A DNA stretch of 64,000 nucleotides from an uncultured Acidimicrobiia bacterium (GTDB lineage Bacteria > Acidobacteriota > Terriglobia > Versatilivoradales > Versatilivoraceae): positions 800,001-864,000 of the forward strand of contig CAWBAT010000006.1 in assembly GCA_963786955.1 (NCBI GenBank), written 5' to 3'. Shown one piece after another: positions 10,072-20,324 of the stretch; position 1 is the stretch's first letter; each line of letters begins with the position of its first letter. The position numbers and the translations under genes were made by a program. The notes below the pieces were generated by a model, which ran no database searches, was not told the origin of the DNA, and was given only the letters and a program-made list of their open reading frames with translations.

Positions 10072-10239
10072 TCCTGGCTCAACCGTCCTAAGTACTGATA
10101 TTACAGGAGGACCTGCATGGTCGGCCTCAAAAATCGGGGTTTCGGTTGGACTGGAGTGGGGCAGAAATGCAAACTGCTGCAGAACTGCCACAGTGGGCCG
10201 GATCTAAAACAAATGACAATGGCGGGGGGAGCAATAGCC

Positions 10240-10581
10240 TCATGGTATACCGACGATGATGCTCGGATCGTCGGTTCCATTATCAATCCTGCTTACCCAG
10301 GAATGGATCGGTTGAGATGAATGGATCTGCAGGTAACCATGAAATCCTGTTGGATCCGCCTTCCCGAGTATCGTTCGCGCAATATCGTTAATCTGATTAA
10401 GCCCTTTGGGTAACACATCAACGGTTTGTGTTCCTCGAATACTTCCGGTCAAATCGGTCAGATCCATCCTGACATGGGCTGTTTCGCTGCCGGGATTGTT
10501 CAGGCCTAAATTGGTTCGATACGTTGCAGCAGCACCGCGATTCCCCGTATCCACAATCTCTGGAAGCACTTGCTGAACCAA
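10240..10581 (-). pseudogene. Frameshift-separated C-terminal repeat module of the upstream dehydrogenase
   Basis: VLPEIVDTGNRGAAATYRTNLGLNN...QPIHSWVSRIDNGTDDPSI repeats IMPDLVDNGERGTPGTFRTNLGLNN...QPIHAWSSKIDNATDDPSI of the upstream ORF; linker is 35 nt versus 36 nt in the first repeat. Confidence 0.8.
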
Positions 10582-10586
10582 GGCAT

Positions 10587-12800
10587 TTACAGCGGTCCGA
10601 CCGGGAAGAAACCACCCGTTCCGGATGGGCTTCTAACCTCGGAAACAACCGCAAGAGCCGCTGCATCGCTCTGGTCCGTTTCAACCGTCAGCGGACCAAA
10701 AAATCCGGAAGGAGCTTTAGCTTCGGCCACAATATCTTGTTGGTAGTAGGCCTGATTGGGGCCCAGTTGGATCGTTGACGAAGAAACAAGCTCCCCCGTC
10801 AGAGACCAAAATTTCAAACGCGCAACCACAGTGGCATCTGATCGAGTGTTGATGACAACCAATGACGACTTGAAGCGATCTGAACTGACGACAGAAGGAA
10901 CCAGGAGTTGAGGCCCCCTATCCATAATGGTTGTTCCCAGTGCGGCTTCAATGCTGGGATCGTCGGTCGCATTATCGATCTTACTCGACCAGGCATGAAT
11001 AGGTTGATCACTGCTGAGATTGGCATATCCTCGGAACCCCGTCGCCTCGAGAGTCGATAATATCGTCCGTACAATGCGATCGATTTGAGTCATCCCCATC
11101 GGAGGAACAGTCCAAGTTTGGCTGGCCCGCTGCGTGCCGCGATCGTCAATGAGGGAAACAAGAACCGTTGCCGGCACCCCTCCCATGTTATTCAGGCCGA
11201 GATTTGTGCGAAACGTCCCCGGTGTACCCCGCTCCCCATTATCCACGAGGTCAGGCATGATCAAGACCGTCGATTCTTCTGATCTGCGTCTCTCACGAAA
11301 AAAGCCGCCGGTGCCAAGAAAGCTTCTGACCTCGGAAACAGCGCTGAATTGGAGGCCACTCCTGGACTCAACGGTCAGCGGGCCAAAGGCTCCTGTAGAT
11401 AGACCCAGCACACCCAAGATGTCTTCAGTCCGAAAACTCTCTCCGGGAGCGAGATGGACTGTCTGCTCGGCTATAATTTCACCATCCAACCCGTGCGCTA
11501 CCAGGGTCAACGGATTCGTCTGAGGGTCTCGATTCATCAGGAAAAGAGAAGAGGTAAAGCGCTCCGTCTTCGCGGAAGAAGGGATTAGGGACAGAAAGTA
11601 GCTCGAGGGCTTTGGGTTATTCAATCGTATTCGGCCGACACTGCCGGCGTAATTCACGACATACAATTCGCCCGACTCATCTTCCCCGAATGAGCTGATG
11701 CTAAAGCCCGTTCCGAGCAACTCGGTTCGGCTCCAGCTGCCGAATTGCGTTTCTTGAAGCGCCCAAATTCTTCCACTGATGAAGTCTCCGAAAATATAAG
11801 TGCCATCCAATTCTGGAAATACCTTGCCGCGATAGACGTATCCGCCTGTTACAGACGCTCCCTCGGTTCGACCGTATTCCGCAATCGGAAACTGAAAGGA
11901 AGCCGCTGAAGTGTCACACCCGCTTGGAGGACTAAAACAAAGGCTGGCTTCATATCGGTTCCATCCATAGTTTTCTCCTCGCACAATCAGATCAATTTCT
12001 TCTCGAGTGTTTTGGCCGACATCGCCGGCAAACAAGCGGCCTGTAAGACGATCAAATGAAAACCGCCAGGGATTTCGTAACCCAACCGCGTAGATTTCAT
12101 CCCGGCCAGGGCGGTTAAAATGGGGGTTTTGTGCCGGAATGGCATAGGGCTGGCCACTATTGATGTCAATCCTGAGAATTTTCCCGAGAAGAGAATTGAG
12201 GTTCTGCCCATTTCCTTGCGGGTCGCCTCCTGACCCTCCGTCCCCCATGCCGATATAGAGATATCCGTCCGGACCGAACTGGAGCTGGCCGCCGTTGTGA
12301 TTATCAAAAGGCTGATCAACAGTGAGAATAACACTTTCAGAGGTTTGAGAAATATCCGGATCCGTGGAAACGTGATATTCGGCAATGATGGTCTTCAGGT
12401 TCGGGCGGCTGGCCGTGTAATTGACAAAGAATCGCCCATTATCCCGGTACTGGGGATGAAAGGCAACGCTGAGTAAGCCCCGCTCCCCTCCGGCTGTGAC
12501 ACGGTTCCGGATATCCAGAAAAGGGTTGGGGAGGAGAGCACCATTTCGTACAATCCGAATCGTCCCCGGTTGTTCGACAATAAAGAGTCGGTCAGACCTA
12601 TCTCCGGCATGCGTTACATAAACAGGCTGGGTCAGGCCGGTTACAAAAGGATCCACTGAAATTGAAATCTGTGATTGGGCTTGAGACAGCCAACAATCTG
12701 GCAGTAGCAGCTGGAGCGCCAGTAGGATCACAACGCACAGGACTTTGATAATGAAGTGCCGCAACTTCTGGTCTCTCCTTGGGTTTTCGTTGCTGGCCAT
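10587..12800 (-). CDS. PQQ-dependent sugar/sorbosone dehydrogenase (GSDH beta-propeller) with C-terminal tandem repeat domains
   Basis: GERGLLSVAFHP, NHNGGQLQFGPDGYLYIGMGDGG, GLRNPWRFSFD, SSFGEDESGELY; N-terminal signal/TM segment. Confidence 0.9.
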   Translation of the reverse strand: MASNENPRRDQKLRHFIIKVLCVVILLALQLLLPDCWLSQAQSQISISVDPFVTGLTQPVYVTHAGDRSDRLFIVEQPGTIRIVRNGALLPNPFLDIRNRVTAGGERGLLSVAFHPQYRDNGRFFVNYTASRPNLKTIIAEYHVSTDPDISQTSESVILTVDQPFDNHNGGQLQFGPDGYLYIGMGDGGSGGDPQGNGQNLNSLLGKILRIDINSGQPYAIPAQNPHFNRPGRDEIYAVGLRNPWRFSFDRLTGRLFAGDVGQNTREEIDLIVRGENYGWNRYEASLCFSPPSGCDTSAASFQFPIAEYGRTEGASVTGGYVYRGKVFPELDGTYIFGDFISGRIWALQETQFGSWSRTELLGTGFSISSFGEDESGELYVVNYAGSVGRIRLNNPKPSSYFLSLIPSSAKTERFTSSLFLMNRDPQTNPLTLVAHGLDGEIIAEQTVHLAPGESFRTEDILGVLGLSTGAFGPLTVESRSGLQFSAVSEVRSFLGTGGFFRERRRSEESTVLIMPDLVDNGERGTPGTFRTNLGLNNMGGVPATVLVSLIDDRGTQRASQTWTVPPMGMTQIDRIVRTILSTLEATGFRGYANLSSDQPIHAWSSKIDNATDDPSIEAALGTTIMDRGPQLLVPSVVSSDRFKSSLVVINTRSDATVVARLKFWSLTGELVSSSTIQLGPNQAYYQQDIVAEAKAPSGFFGPLTVETDQSDAAALAVVSEVRSPSGTGGFFPVGPL

Positions 12801-12898
12801 GGCGCGGATTTACGCTTTCAATTCGTGATCTCAGGGGAATTGAGGTACCGTTCCATGATGCAAGAGATCAGCCAAATCCGCTGCTTTTATCATTGGCA

Positions 12899-14218
12899 TC
12901 ACTCTTCTGGCAGTGGTTTCCCCTTGGTCTCGGGGGCAAAAAACACTGCCAGGATTCCCAGGAGATAAACGGAGGATAAGGAAATGGCCGCGATTCGAAA
13001 GGGGCTCGAATAGCCGGCATTGGCGAAGGCGGAACTCAAATAGACCAGCGTAAAAGGTCCCAAGGCTGCAATGATTCGCCCGACATTGTAACAAAACCCC
13101 ACGCCGGTACTGCGGAGGCGAGTTGGGTAAAGTTCCGGAAAATAGATTGAGTAGCCTCCAAACACAGAGAGATTGCAAAACCCCAGGACGGGAATCATCC
13201 AATAGATATCCGATGGCTGATGCAGCCAGCCGAAAGTCAACACCGTTGCCCCCAGAGCCAACAAAAAGAAGAAGATAAAAGTCGGACGACGGCCAAATCG
13301 AGCCGTAATCAAAGTAAAGGAAACAATACCGAAGAACCCCCCCACATCTTGAAGCATTGTTCCGATGGCCGCGTATTGGTCTCGTGTCGCCTTGGATGCT
13401 CCCGAAAGCGCTTCCCGGATTAGTTCCGGCGACCAGAATCCAATACCCCAAATTCCAATCACACCGGCAATCGCCATCGCCAGTCCGATCACTGTATGCT
13501 TGCGCCAGCGAGTGTCTCGAAACAGATCGCCAATTACGCCCATCTGCCTTCTTTCACCCCGAACATAGGCAGCATGCGCCTGGATCCAGGCGTCCGGTTC
13601 TTTCATTCGTCCAAAGATGGCTGCAACCAAAAAGGCTGGGAAGACTCCTGCCAGAAACATGCCGCGCCATCCGTATCTTGGAAGGAGGAAGTAGCCGATC
13701 CCTCCCCCGATGATGTTTCCGACCGTAGAAAGGGCCATCAAAATACCTAAGGCGTGAGAGCGGGCTCTCACCGGCATCGTTTCAGCCACCAGGGTGACAC
13801 CGGCGGCAAATTCACCTCCCACCCCGAGCCCCGTGAGAAAGCGGTAAGCCATGAAATCCCACTTCGACTGAGCCAAGGCCGAAAGCCCCGTAAAACCGGC
13901 ATAGACAAGGATGGCTAGCATCATCGTCTTGGTACGTCCCCACCGGTCCGAAAGCATTCCGAAATAGAGGCCGCCAACAGCCCAGCCCAGCATGAATATT
14001 GTGGTCGCGATACCACTATAGTAATTGACTTCAGAACCAGGCGGCAAGAGTGCTTCCATCGCAGGTTGTCGCGCCAACACGAAGATGCGTTGATCCATCG
14101 TGTCAAACAACCATCCGAGGGAAGCAATGATTAGGACCCACCAGTGATAGCGGGTCATTTCTCCATACCAGGCAGTGGTGGGGTGCCCCGTGTATTTTGA
14201 TTGGGGATCGGTGGGCAT
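12899..14218 (-). CDS. MFS transporter (sugar-acid/organic-acid type)
   Basis: GMLSDRWGR motif A, RFLTGLGVGGEF, ELYPTRLRSTG, PETKGKPL. Confidence 0.92.
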   Translation of the reverse strand: MPTDPQSKYTGHPTTAWYGEMTRYHWWVLIIASLGWLFDTMDQRIFVLARQPAMEALLPPGSEVNYYSGIATTIFMLGWAVGGLYFGMLSDRWGRTKTMMLAILVYAGFTGLSALAQSKWDFMAYRFLTGLGVGGEFAAGVTLVAETMPVRARSHALGILMALSTVGNIIGGGIGYFLLPRYGWRGMFLAGVFPAFLVAAIFGRMKEPDAWIQAHAAYVRGERRQMGVIGDLFRDTRWRKHTVIGLAMAIAGVIGIWGIGFWSPELIREALSGASKATRDQYAAIGTMLQDVGGFFGIVSFTLITARFGRRPTFIFFFLLALGATVLTFGWLHQPSDIYWMIPVLGFCNLSVFGGYSIYFPELYPTRLRSTGVGFCYNVGRIIAALGPFTLVYLSSAFANAGYSSPFRIAAISLSSVYLLGILAVFFAPETKGKPLPEE

Positions 14219-14405
14219 CTGTCCTTGTTCGATTCGAAATAATCCGTTCGGTAGGAAACCCGGAGGAGGTTTTCTGCTATTTCCTCAGTGCAGCACAAGA
14301 AAGGACTAACGGAGCGGGCTCAGGCGCCAAACGGAACGTTCGGGAGTCACCCTGATAATTGCCGGCCTCTTGCCCGAGGCGAGGAGTTTGAACCCAGAAC
14401 TGTGT

Positions 14406-15056
14406 TCACTTCCCTCGCGCCATTTTGACAACCTCTAGGAACCTGCTGGCATTCTGCTTGACCTTTTCCAGATTGCCCGAGGCAACGGCTACTTTGTCGA
14501 CTAATTCCGAACCCACCGCCAGCGCCGCAGACCCGGCTGAAATGAAATCGGCGGCTGTCGTCAAGTTGACGCCGCCCGTTGGAATCAGCTCGATTTGCGG
14601 AAAGGGCCCTTTCAAGGCTTTGATGTATTTCGGACCTCCCACACTGTCGCAGGGAAAAACCTTGATGAAATCGGCTCCCGCTTCCCAGGCTGTCAAAATC
14701 TCCGTGGGAGTGAGTGTGCCCGGGATGATTACCTTGCTGTAACGTTTACACAACTTGACCGTCTCCAAGTTTAAAGCCGGTGTGACAATAAACTCGGCGC
14801 CCGCTAAAATGGCGGTCCGGGCGGTTTCCGGATCAAGGACCGTGCCCGCACCCAGCAAGACTTCATTGCCATAACGATTCGCCACCGCTTCAATCACTTT
14901 GATGGCGCCAGGCACCGTCATGGTGATTTCCAGAATGGACAATCCACCCGCTTGGATCGCTTCCACAATGGTCAGAGCTTCGTCAGCGGAAGAGGCTCTA
15001 ACCACCGGGATGATACCGACTTCAAGAATTTTCTGGCGCGCTTTGAGATTTGGCAT
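14406..15056 (-). CDS. eda: KHG/KDPG aldolase
   Basis: GAGTVLD, KVFP, PTGGV motifs; start at ATG 15056 behind GGAG. Confidence 0.93.
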   Translation of the reverse strand: MPNLKARQKILEVGIIPVVRASSADEALTIVEAIQAGGLSILEITMTVPGAIKVIEAVANRYGNEVLLGAGTVLDPETARTAILAGAEFIVTPALNLETVKLCKRYSKVIIPGTLTPTEILTAWEAGADFIKVFPCDSVGGPKYIKALKGPFPQIELIPTGGVNLTTAADFISAGSAALAVGSELVDKVAVASGNLEKVKQNASRFLEVVKMARGK

Positions 15057-15161
15057 ACCCGACTCCATTCCAATCGAAATTCAAAAATAGAAAATGATTT
15101 TAAATACTGCTTCGCAAATTGTTCATGACTTCGTACAGCCGCAATTTTACTTTCGATCTTC

Positions 15162-16187
15162 TCATCGCGAGACCCGCAAGCCTCCGCCTTGCATGACCGC
15201 CTCCATTTCGGAACGGGTCGCCCAGTTGAAATCTCCAGGATTCGAATGCTTGATGGCGGAGTAAGCGACCCCCATTCGTAGCGCGGTGTCAATGTTTCGG
15301 CTTGTCAGGTAACCATAAATAAAACCACCGCTAAAGGAATCACCGGCCCCAACCCGATCCACGATCTCCACCTCGTAACTCTTCGCTTCGTAAATCTGTC
15401 TGTCGCTGTAAGCAATCGCTGTCCAATTATTTTTCCACACCGATGGGTTCTCGCGCAGTGTAATCGCTACGATCTTAAAGTTGAACTTCTCCTGCAGCTT
15501 TCGAGCAACCGTCTTGTAGGAGTCCGCAGAAACTTGCGCAAATTTGTCGTCTTGCGCCTCCCCTGCCGTGATTTTAAAGACTACTTTAGTGTCTTCCTCT
15601 GTTGTGATTAAGACATCAACATGTTCCATCAGGGGTTCTTGGCAGGCTTGAGCCTCCTTGTCAGTCCACAACTTACTCCGGTAGTTCAGATCATAGCTGG
15701 TTTGAAGACCGGCCTTTTTGGCAGCTTGAAGTGCCTCGGCCGTGAGGGTGGCGGCAGATGCGCTAAGCGCTGGGGTAATCCCGCTCACATGAAACCATTT
15801 TGCTCCTCCAAAAACCCTGCTCCAATCAATTTCCCCAGGCTTAATTAGACTGATCGCCGAATTGGCCCGATCGTAAAGGACTGAACTCGCACGCGGGGAT
15901 GCCCCGAATTCGACAAAATAAAGTCCCGCCCGGCCTTCTTTGCTCCAAACGATGTGCGATGTATCTACACCCTGCTCCCGCGCCTTGTTTCGAATCAAGC
16001 GTCCCAGACCGTTGTCTGGCAGTTTGGAAACCCAAGCTGAAGAAAGCCCGAGGCGGCTAACGGCAACCGCAACATTTAGTTCACCGCCACCGACTTGTAC
16101 ATCCAGGGAACAGGCTTGCTCGAGCCGTTGAAATCCAGGTGGAGAAAGCCGGATCATGGCTTCTCCGAGAGTAATGACATCCGGCAT
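15162..16187 (-). CDS. kdgK: 2-dehydro-3-deoxygluconokinase (PfkB family)
   Basis: GGGELNVA, HVSGITPALS, DLNYRSKLW, DRVGAGDSF; adjacent to eda. Confidence 0.88.
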   Translation of the reverse strand: MPDVITLGEAMIRLSPPGFQRLEQACSLDVQVGGGELNVAVAVSRLGLSSAWVSKLPDNGLGRLIRNKAREQGVDTSHIVWSKEGRAGLYFVEFGASPRASSVLYDRANSAISLIKPGEIDWSRVFGGAKWFHVSGITPALSASAATLTAEALQAAKKAGLQTSYDLNYRSKLWTDKEAQACQEPLMEHVDVLITTEEDTKVVFKITAGEAQDDKFAQVSADSYKTVARKLQEKFNFKIVAITLRENPSVWKNNWTAIAYSDRQIYEAKSYEVEIVDRVGAGDSFSGGFIYGYLTSRNIDTALRMGVAYSAIKHSNPGDFNWATRSEMEAVMQGGGLRVSR

Positions 16188-16382
16188 AATTGCCTCCTTT
16201 ATGATGAAGACCCAAGAATCGAGTCAAATCTAATAAGGTGTACGAAAAGGACTGCAACCTCGTTGGCCAACCCACAATCCTACAGGCTCTTCTTCACCGC
16301 TTGAAAGGGAAGATACCCGGGGTAGATGAAACGGACATGAGGACTGAAAGAGCACTCATGGCGTGTGAATTCGGTTCACTAC

Positions 16383-17396
16383 CTACTTCAACACGATAAA
16401 ACTTTTCTTCCGAAGTTCGCTGAACAACTTCCGAATCGCACGGTCTTTGACCCGGGATGCTTTCTTTTCGATGCCCCTTTTTCGCAGCACCTCGGGAAGA
16501 GTGAATAGGAAATCCCAAAATCCCAGGAAAAACGAGGCCCGAAAAATCACGATGGCCTGCAAAGTCAGTAAGAATGTAGAACTAAGATGCATCAGGAACA
16601 TGCCCGGATCATGCAAATTCTTCCATAAAAATATGAACCGGTTTCGCGTATTCAATCTCTCAAACCGGACGCGATTCAAGGTACCCCGGATATCTTTCAC
16701 GGAGTCCTGATAAACAATGCTATTCGGCTCATAGACAATCTTCCAGCCATGCTTCCATGCCCGGTAGGAAAGCTCTACATCTTCCCAATAAAAGGGTGAC
16801 AAGAGCGGCTCGAATCCCCCCAATTCGCGCAGTTTCTCGCGACTCAAGGCGCAGGCACCGCTTGTGAGAGAAAAAGAATAAAGCGGGTCATCCGCGCTTC
16901 TTCCCTCCTCGCCATGGGCGACATCGTAATTCTGATGGGTTTTCCAGAGCCCCATTCGGAACTCTCCGAGTTTGCCCGCCGAGTTCAATATCAAACGATC
17001 TCGTGTGAGGGACTTCAAAGCGACGCCGAAGACACCTTCTTCGCGGAGGTGAGGGATAATCGGCAAGAGAAAATCCTTGTCTACGATCACGTCATTCCCG
17101 AGAAGGACAATCATATCAAAGCTGCAGGCTGAAAATCCCAGATTGCAGGCAATCGCAAAACCTGTGCTCCTTCGGCGAGTAATGAGCTTAACATTTTTCT
17201 CGGGGATACTTTCGATCCAGTCGATCGTGTCATCCACACTTCCGTCGTCAACGACAATGACCTCCCATTCTCCACCTGTCCGGTCCTGAAATTCTTTAGT
17301 AGCACACAGGAGCGAGGGATACATTTCTTCCAGCAACATTCGGCCATTCCAAGAGTGGATGACGATACTAACGGAGGGGGGCAGATGAGAAGTCAT
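16383..17396 (-). CDS. Glycosyltransferase family 2
   Basis: VIVVDDGSVD, GFAIACNLG, PFYWEDVELSYRAW. Confidence 0.9.
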   Translation of the reverse strand: MTSHLPPSVSIVIHSWNGRMLLEEMYPSLLCATKEFQDRTGGEWEVIVVDDGSVDDTIDWIESIPEKNVKLITRRRSTGFAIACNLGFSACSFDMIVLLGNDVIVDKDFLLPIIPHLREEGVFGVALKSLTRDRLILNSAGKLGEFRMGLWKTHQNYDVAHGEEGRSADDPLYSFSLTSGACALSREKLRELGGFEPLLSPFYWEDVELSYRAWKHGWKIVYEPNSIVYQDSVKDIRGTLNRVRFERLNTRNRFIFLWKNLHDPGMFLMHLSSTFLLTLQAIVIFRASFFLGFWDFLFTLPEVLRKRGIEKKASRVKDRAIRKLFSELRKKSFIVLK

Positions 17397-18610
17397 TCCA
17401 GATGGGCTTTAAAGACGTTGGCAAGTTTCAGGATTCCAGCACGGATATTATCTTCATTTTCTTTCGAGAATGCCAGTCGGAGCGTATTGTGTCCTTCCCC
17501 ATTCACAAAAAAAGGTGCACCAGCCACAAAAGTTACCTTCTGCTCATCAAACGCGACTCGCAACAGCTTTTCGCTATCCAGGAAATCAGGTAACGTGAGC
17601 CACAAGAATAGGCCGCCTGCCGGAACCTTCCAATGAACGACTTGAGGCATCGAGGCTTCAAGGGAACTCAGCATAACTTGGCATCTTCTTCGGTAAAATT
17701 CGCGGATCTGCGGGAGGTGTCGCTCGATAACTCCGCTCCGCCAGCATTCTGCTACGATGCGCTGATCCAGCATGCTTCCACAAAGGTCTGCGGCCTGTTT
17801 GACGATATCGATTTGTTCAATGATCGACTCTGGCGCGATCATCCACCCCGTTCGCAAACCCGGGGACAGGATCTTAGAGAAGGTGGATAAATAGAGGACC
17901 ACACCCTCCTGATCGAAAGCCTTCAGTGGCAGTAGCTGTCTGGCAACACTTTGATCAAAATAAAGTTCCCCATAGGGATCATCTTCAATAATCAATAGAT
18001 TATGCCGAGATGCCAAATGAACCAGCGCCTTTCTTTTCTCAAGGGAGAGCGTGATCCCGGATGGGTTTTGGAAGTTGGGAATCACATAGATCAGTTTAAG
18101 TCGGCGACCGGACCGGGTAAGATCTCGAATCGTGGTCTGAAGGTGTTCGAGATCCATTCCATTACTGTCCTGTCGTACTCCAACCAGTTCTGCTTGGTGC
18201 TTCCGGAAGGCTGCCAGCGCCCCAATGTAAGTCGGGAGTTCGACCAAGACGACATCCCCAGGATCTACAAATAGTTGGCCCACCAAATCCAGAGCCTGTT
18301 GAGATCCACTGGTGATCGCCACCTCCCCTGTTGAAACAGACTGGATTTGCCGCCGTCGGGAAACCTCGACAACGACTTCGATCAATCCAGAATATCCAAG
18401 GGTTAAGCCGTACTGGAGTGCCGCCTGTGCGTCATTTTCAAAAATATGATCGGTGACTCGTCTAATGGCTTCGACCGGAAAGGTGTCGGCACTCGGTGCG
18501 CCAGCGGCAAAACTGATCACCCCGGGTTCTTGAGATATTTTCGCCATTTTCCGAATCGGCGAGTATTTCATACGGCTGGCGGCTTGAGAGAAGAGTGGCC
18601 GATAGTCCAT
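17393..18610 (-). CDS. PLP-dependent class I/II aminotransferase (LysN/ARO8-like)
   Basis: TSGSQQAL, PNFQNPSG, EDDPYGEL, STFSKILSPGLRTGW. Confidence 0.92.
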   Translation of the reverse strand: MDYRPLFSQAASRMKYSPIRKMAKISQEPGVISFAAGAPSADTFPVEAIRRVTDHIFENDAQAALQYGLTLGYSGLIEVVVEVSRRRQIQSVSTGEVAITSGSQQALDLVGQLFVDPGDVVLVELPTYIGALAAFRKHQAELVGVRQDSNGMDLEHLQTTIRDLTRSGRRLKLIYVIPNFQNPSGITLSLEKRKALVHLASRHNLLIIEDDPYGELYFDQSVARQLLPLKAFDQEGVVLYLSTFSKILSPGLRTGWMIAPESIIEQIDIVKQAADLCGSMLDQRIVAECWRSGVIERHLPQIREFYRRRCQVMLSSLEASMPQVVHWKVPAGGLFLWLTLPDFLDSEKLLRVAFDEQKVTFVAGAPFFVNGEGHNTLRLAFSKENEDNIRAGILKLANVFKAHLE

Positions 18611-18837
18611 AGCTGTCCTCGAGAGCACTTTACCCGACGAGCAAATCTAGTTTCATCACATCCTCCCCGGTTGTCTATTGCAGCGCCAAAAATCTTGTAG
18701 AGACCTCTTCCGCGAGGAAAGCGCTGCCCAGACGAAAAGGCCACTATTGGAGATTTCTGAAACGGTCACGCTTACCATTCTGACGCCTTGGTGCTTCGAG
18801 GAATCTTGTGATGGCATGAAAAATCGACGAGACGGGC

Positions 18838-19677
18838 CTATTTGGAATCTTCTGAGCTGGGAAAAGATTTCCCCGGAGGCAGAGCGGCATCGTTTCGATG
18901 CTTGATTAGTTGAACAATTTTGATGACAAAGCCTGAACCGGCGTACACGGTCGCAATCAATAACAAGACAACCTGCGAATAGAGGTAAATCAGGGCTATT
19001 AAAAGTGCCAGCAAATAGAAATTAAGGTGAGACTTTCTGCTCTTTAAATCGATGTGTTTAAAACTCGGGTAACGGATCGTGCTGATCATCAGAAAGGAGA
19101 GGAGGCCCACCAAAATATTCCATAGCGTGCCCACACTCCAGTGGGCTATCGGGACCGGGTCAAAATGGATGATTGCGGCGATCAGCCCGGCGCCGGCTGG
19201 AATCGGCATTCCGACGAAGTCTTTTTTCACAGTCGGCGGCACATTTTGAGGCTGGGGCCGCGTCGAATGGATGTTGAAGCGGGCCAGACGCATGGCTCCG
19301 CAAATAACAAAAGCGAAGCTGACAATCCAGCCGATCTGCTGAACATGCTTCGCAACTGGAGGGATCGTGGGGGCTATAGACTTCGAACCCCAAACATAGG
19401 CCAAGACCGCCGGAGCCAGCCCAAATGTGATCACATCCGCCAGCGAATCCATCTGAACACCAAATTCGCTGGTTGAATTCGTCAGGCGTGCGATCCGGCC
19501 GTCCATGCCATCACAAACGACTGCAAATCCCAATGCTAGCGCAGCGAGGTCAAATTCACCCTTCATCGCATTGATCACGGCATAAAAACCGCAAAAAATG
19601 GTTCCGATCGTAAACAACGTCGGGAGGATATAGATTCCTCGCCGCTGCCGTCTAGGACTGTCTTCAACCCTGGACAT
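18838..19677 (-). CDS. pssA: CDP-diacylglycerol--serine O-phosphatidyltransferase
   Basis: DGMDGRIAR...FGVQMDSLAD CDP-alcohol phosphotransferase motif; RLARFN; next to psd. Confidence 0.93.
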   Translation of the reverse strand: MSRVEDSPRRQRRGIYILPTLFTIGTIFCGFYAVINAMKGEFDLAALALGFAVVCDGMDGRIARLTNSTSEFGVQMDSLADVITFGLAPAVLAYVWGSKSIAPTIPPVAKHVQQIGWIVSFAFVICGAMRLARFNIHSTRPQPQNVPPTVKKDFVGMPIPAGAGLIAAIIHFDPVPIAHWSVGTLWNILVGLLSFLMISTIRYPSFKHIDLKSRKSHLNFYLLALLIALIYLYSQVVLLLIATVYAGSGFVIKIVQLIKHRNDAALPPGKSFPSSEDSK

Positions 19678-20278
19678 TTACGGCCCTCCCTATGACTGTT
19701 GAACCACCTTTTACTCTAACGCCTTTTTTGACCGAAGGAATTACATTTACTGGAAGGGTAAGGTCTACCCGAGAACCAAATTTGATCAACCCGAAACGTT
19801 CCCCCTTTTGCACAGCCTCCCCAGTCTTCTTCCAACAAACAATTCTTCGAGCAAGAATTCCCGCAATTTGGCTGACTTTAATTTTATATGACCCGTGGTC
19901 AATCACCAAGACATTCTGCTCATTCTCGGCCGATGCGTTGGGATCAAAAGCTGGCTTGAATTTCCCGGGTCTATATTGAGTGCTCTCAATGATCCCATCA
20001 ATGGGTGCTCGATTAATGTGGACATTAAAGATCGAGAGAAAAATGGAGATTCGCGTTGTCCCATCGCTTAGTTGCAGGATCTCAACGACCTTGCCATCCG
20101 CAGGTGAGACAACCACGGAGGGATCCTCAGGGATTTTTCTCTCCGGGTCTCTAAAAAAAAAGGCGATAAATAAGGAAAGAATCAGAAAACCAATCGCCGG
20201 GGCTTTGCTCCCATACATCCAAAATAATGCGGTAAGAATGAGAAGAGGAATGAGATAAGGGATTGCATCTTTAGCCAT
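19664..20278 (-). CDS. psd: Phosphatidylserine decarboxylase (short type)
   Basis: FFFRDPER, SPADGKV, HINRAP, GLIKFGSRVD self-cleavage motif; ATG at 20278. Confidence 0.93.
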   Translation of the reverse strand: MAKDAIPYLIPLLILTALFWMYGSKAPAIGFLILSLFIAFFFRDPERKIPEDPSVVVSPADGKVVEILQLSDGTTRISIFLSIFNVHINRAPIDGIIESTQYRPGKFKPAFDPNASAENEQNVLVIDHGSYKIKVSQIAGILARRIVCWKKTGEAVQKGERFGLIKFGSRVDLTLPVNVIPSVKKGVRVKGGSTVIGRAVNVQG

Positions 20279-20291
20279 GAAACGGCCTTTC

Positions 20292-20324
20292 AAAAAAAAT
20301 AAGGGGAATCACATGATTCCCCTT
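20292..20324 (-). terminator. Intrinsic terminator between ydcH and psd
   Basis: Minus strand AAGGGGAATC-ATGT-GATTCCCCTT followed by ATTTTTTTT. Confidence 0.75.

Noticed and set aside
12770-12800. RR in the dehydrogenase N-terminus (NPRRDQK) as a Tat signal explaining the lone tatA
   Set aside because: Does not fit the S/T-R-R-x-F-L-K consensus
14381-14397. T-loop-like GGGTTCAAACTCC on the minus strand between eda and the MFS gene
   Set aside because: No paired T-stem, acceptor stem or cloverleaf; the upstream sequence is eda coding region
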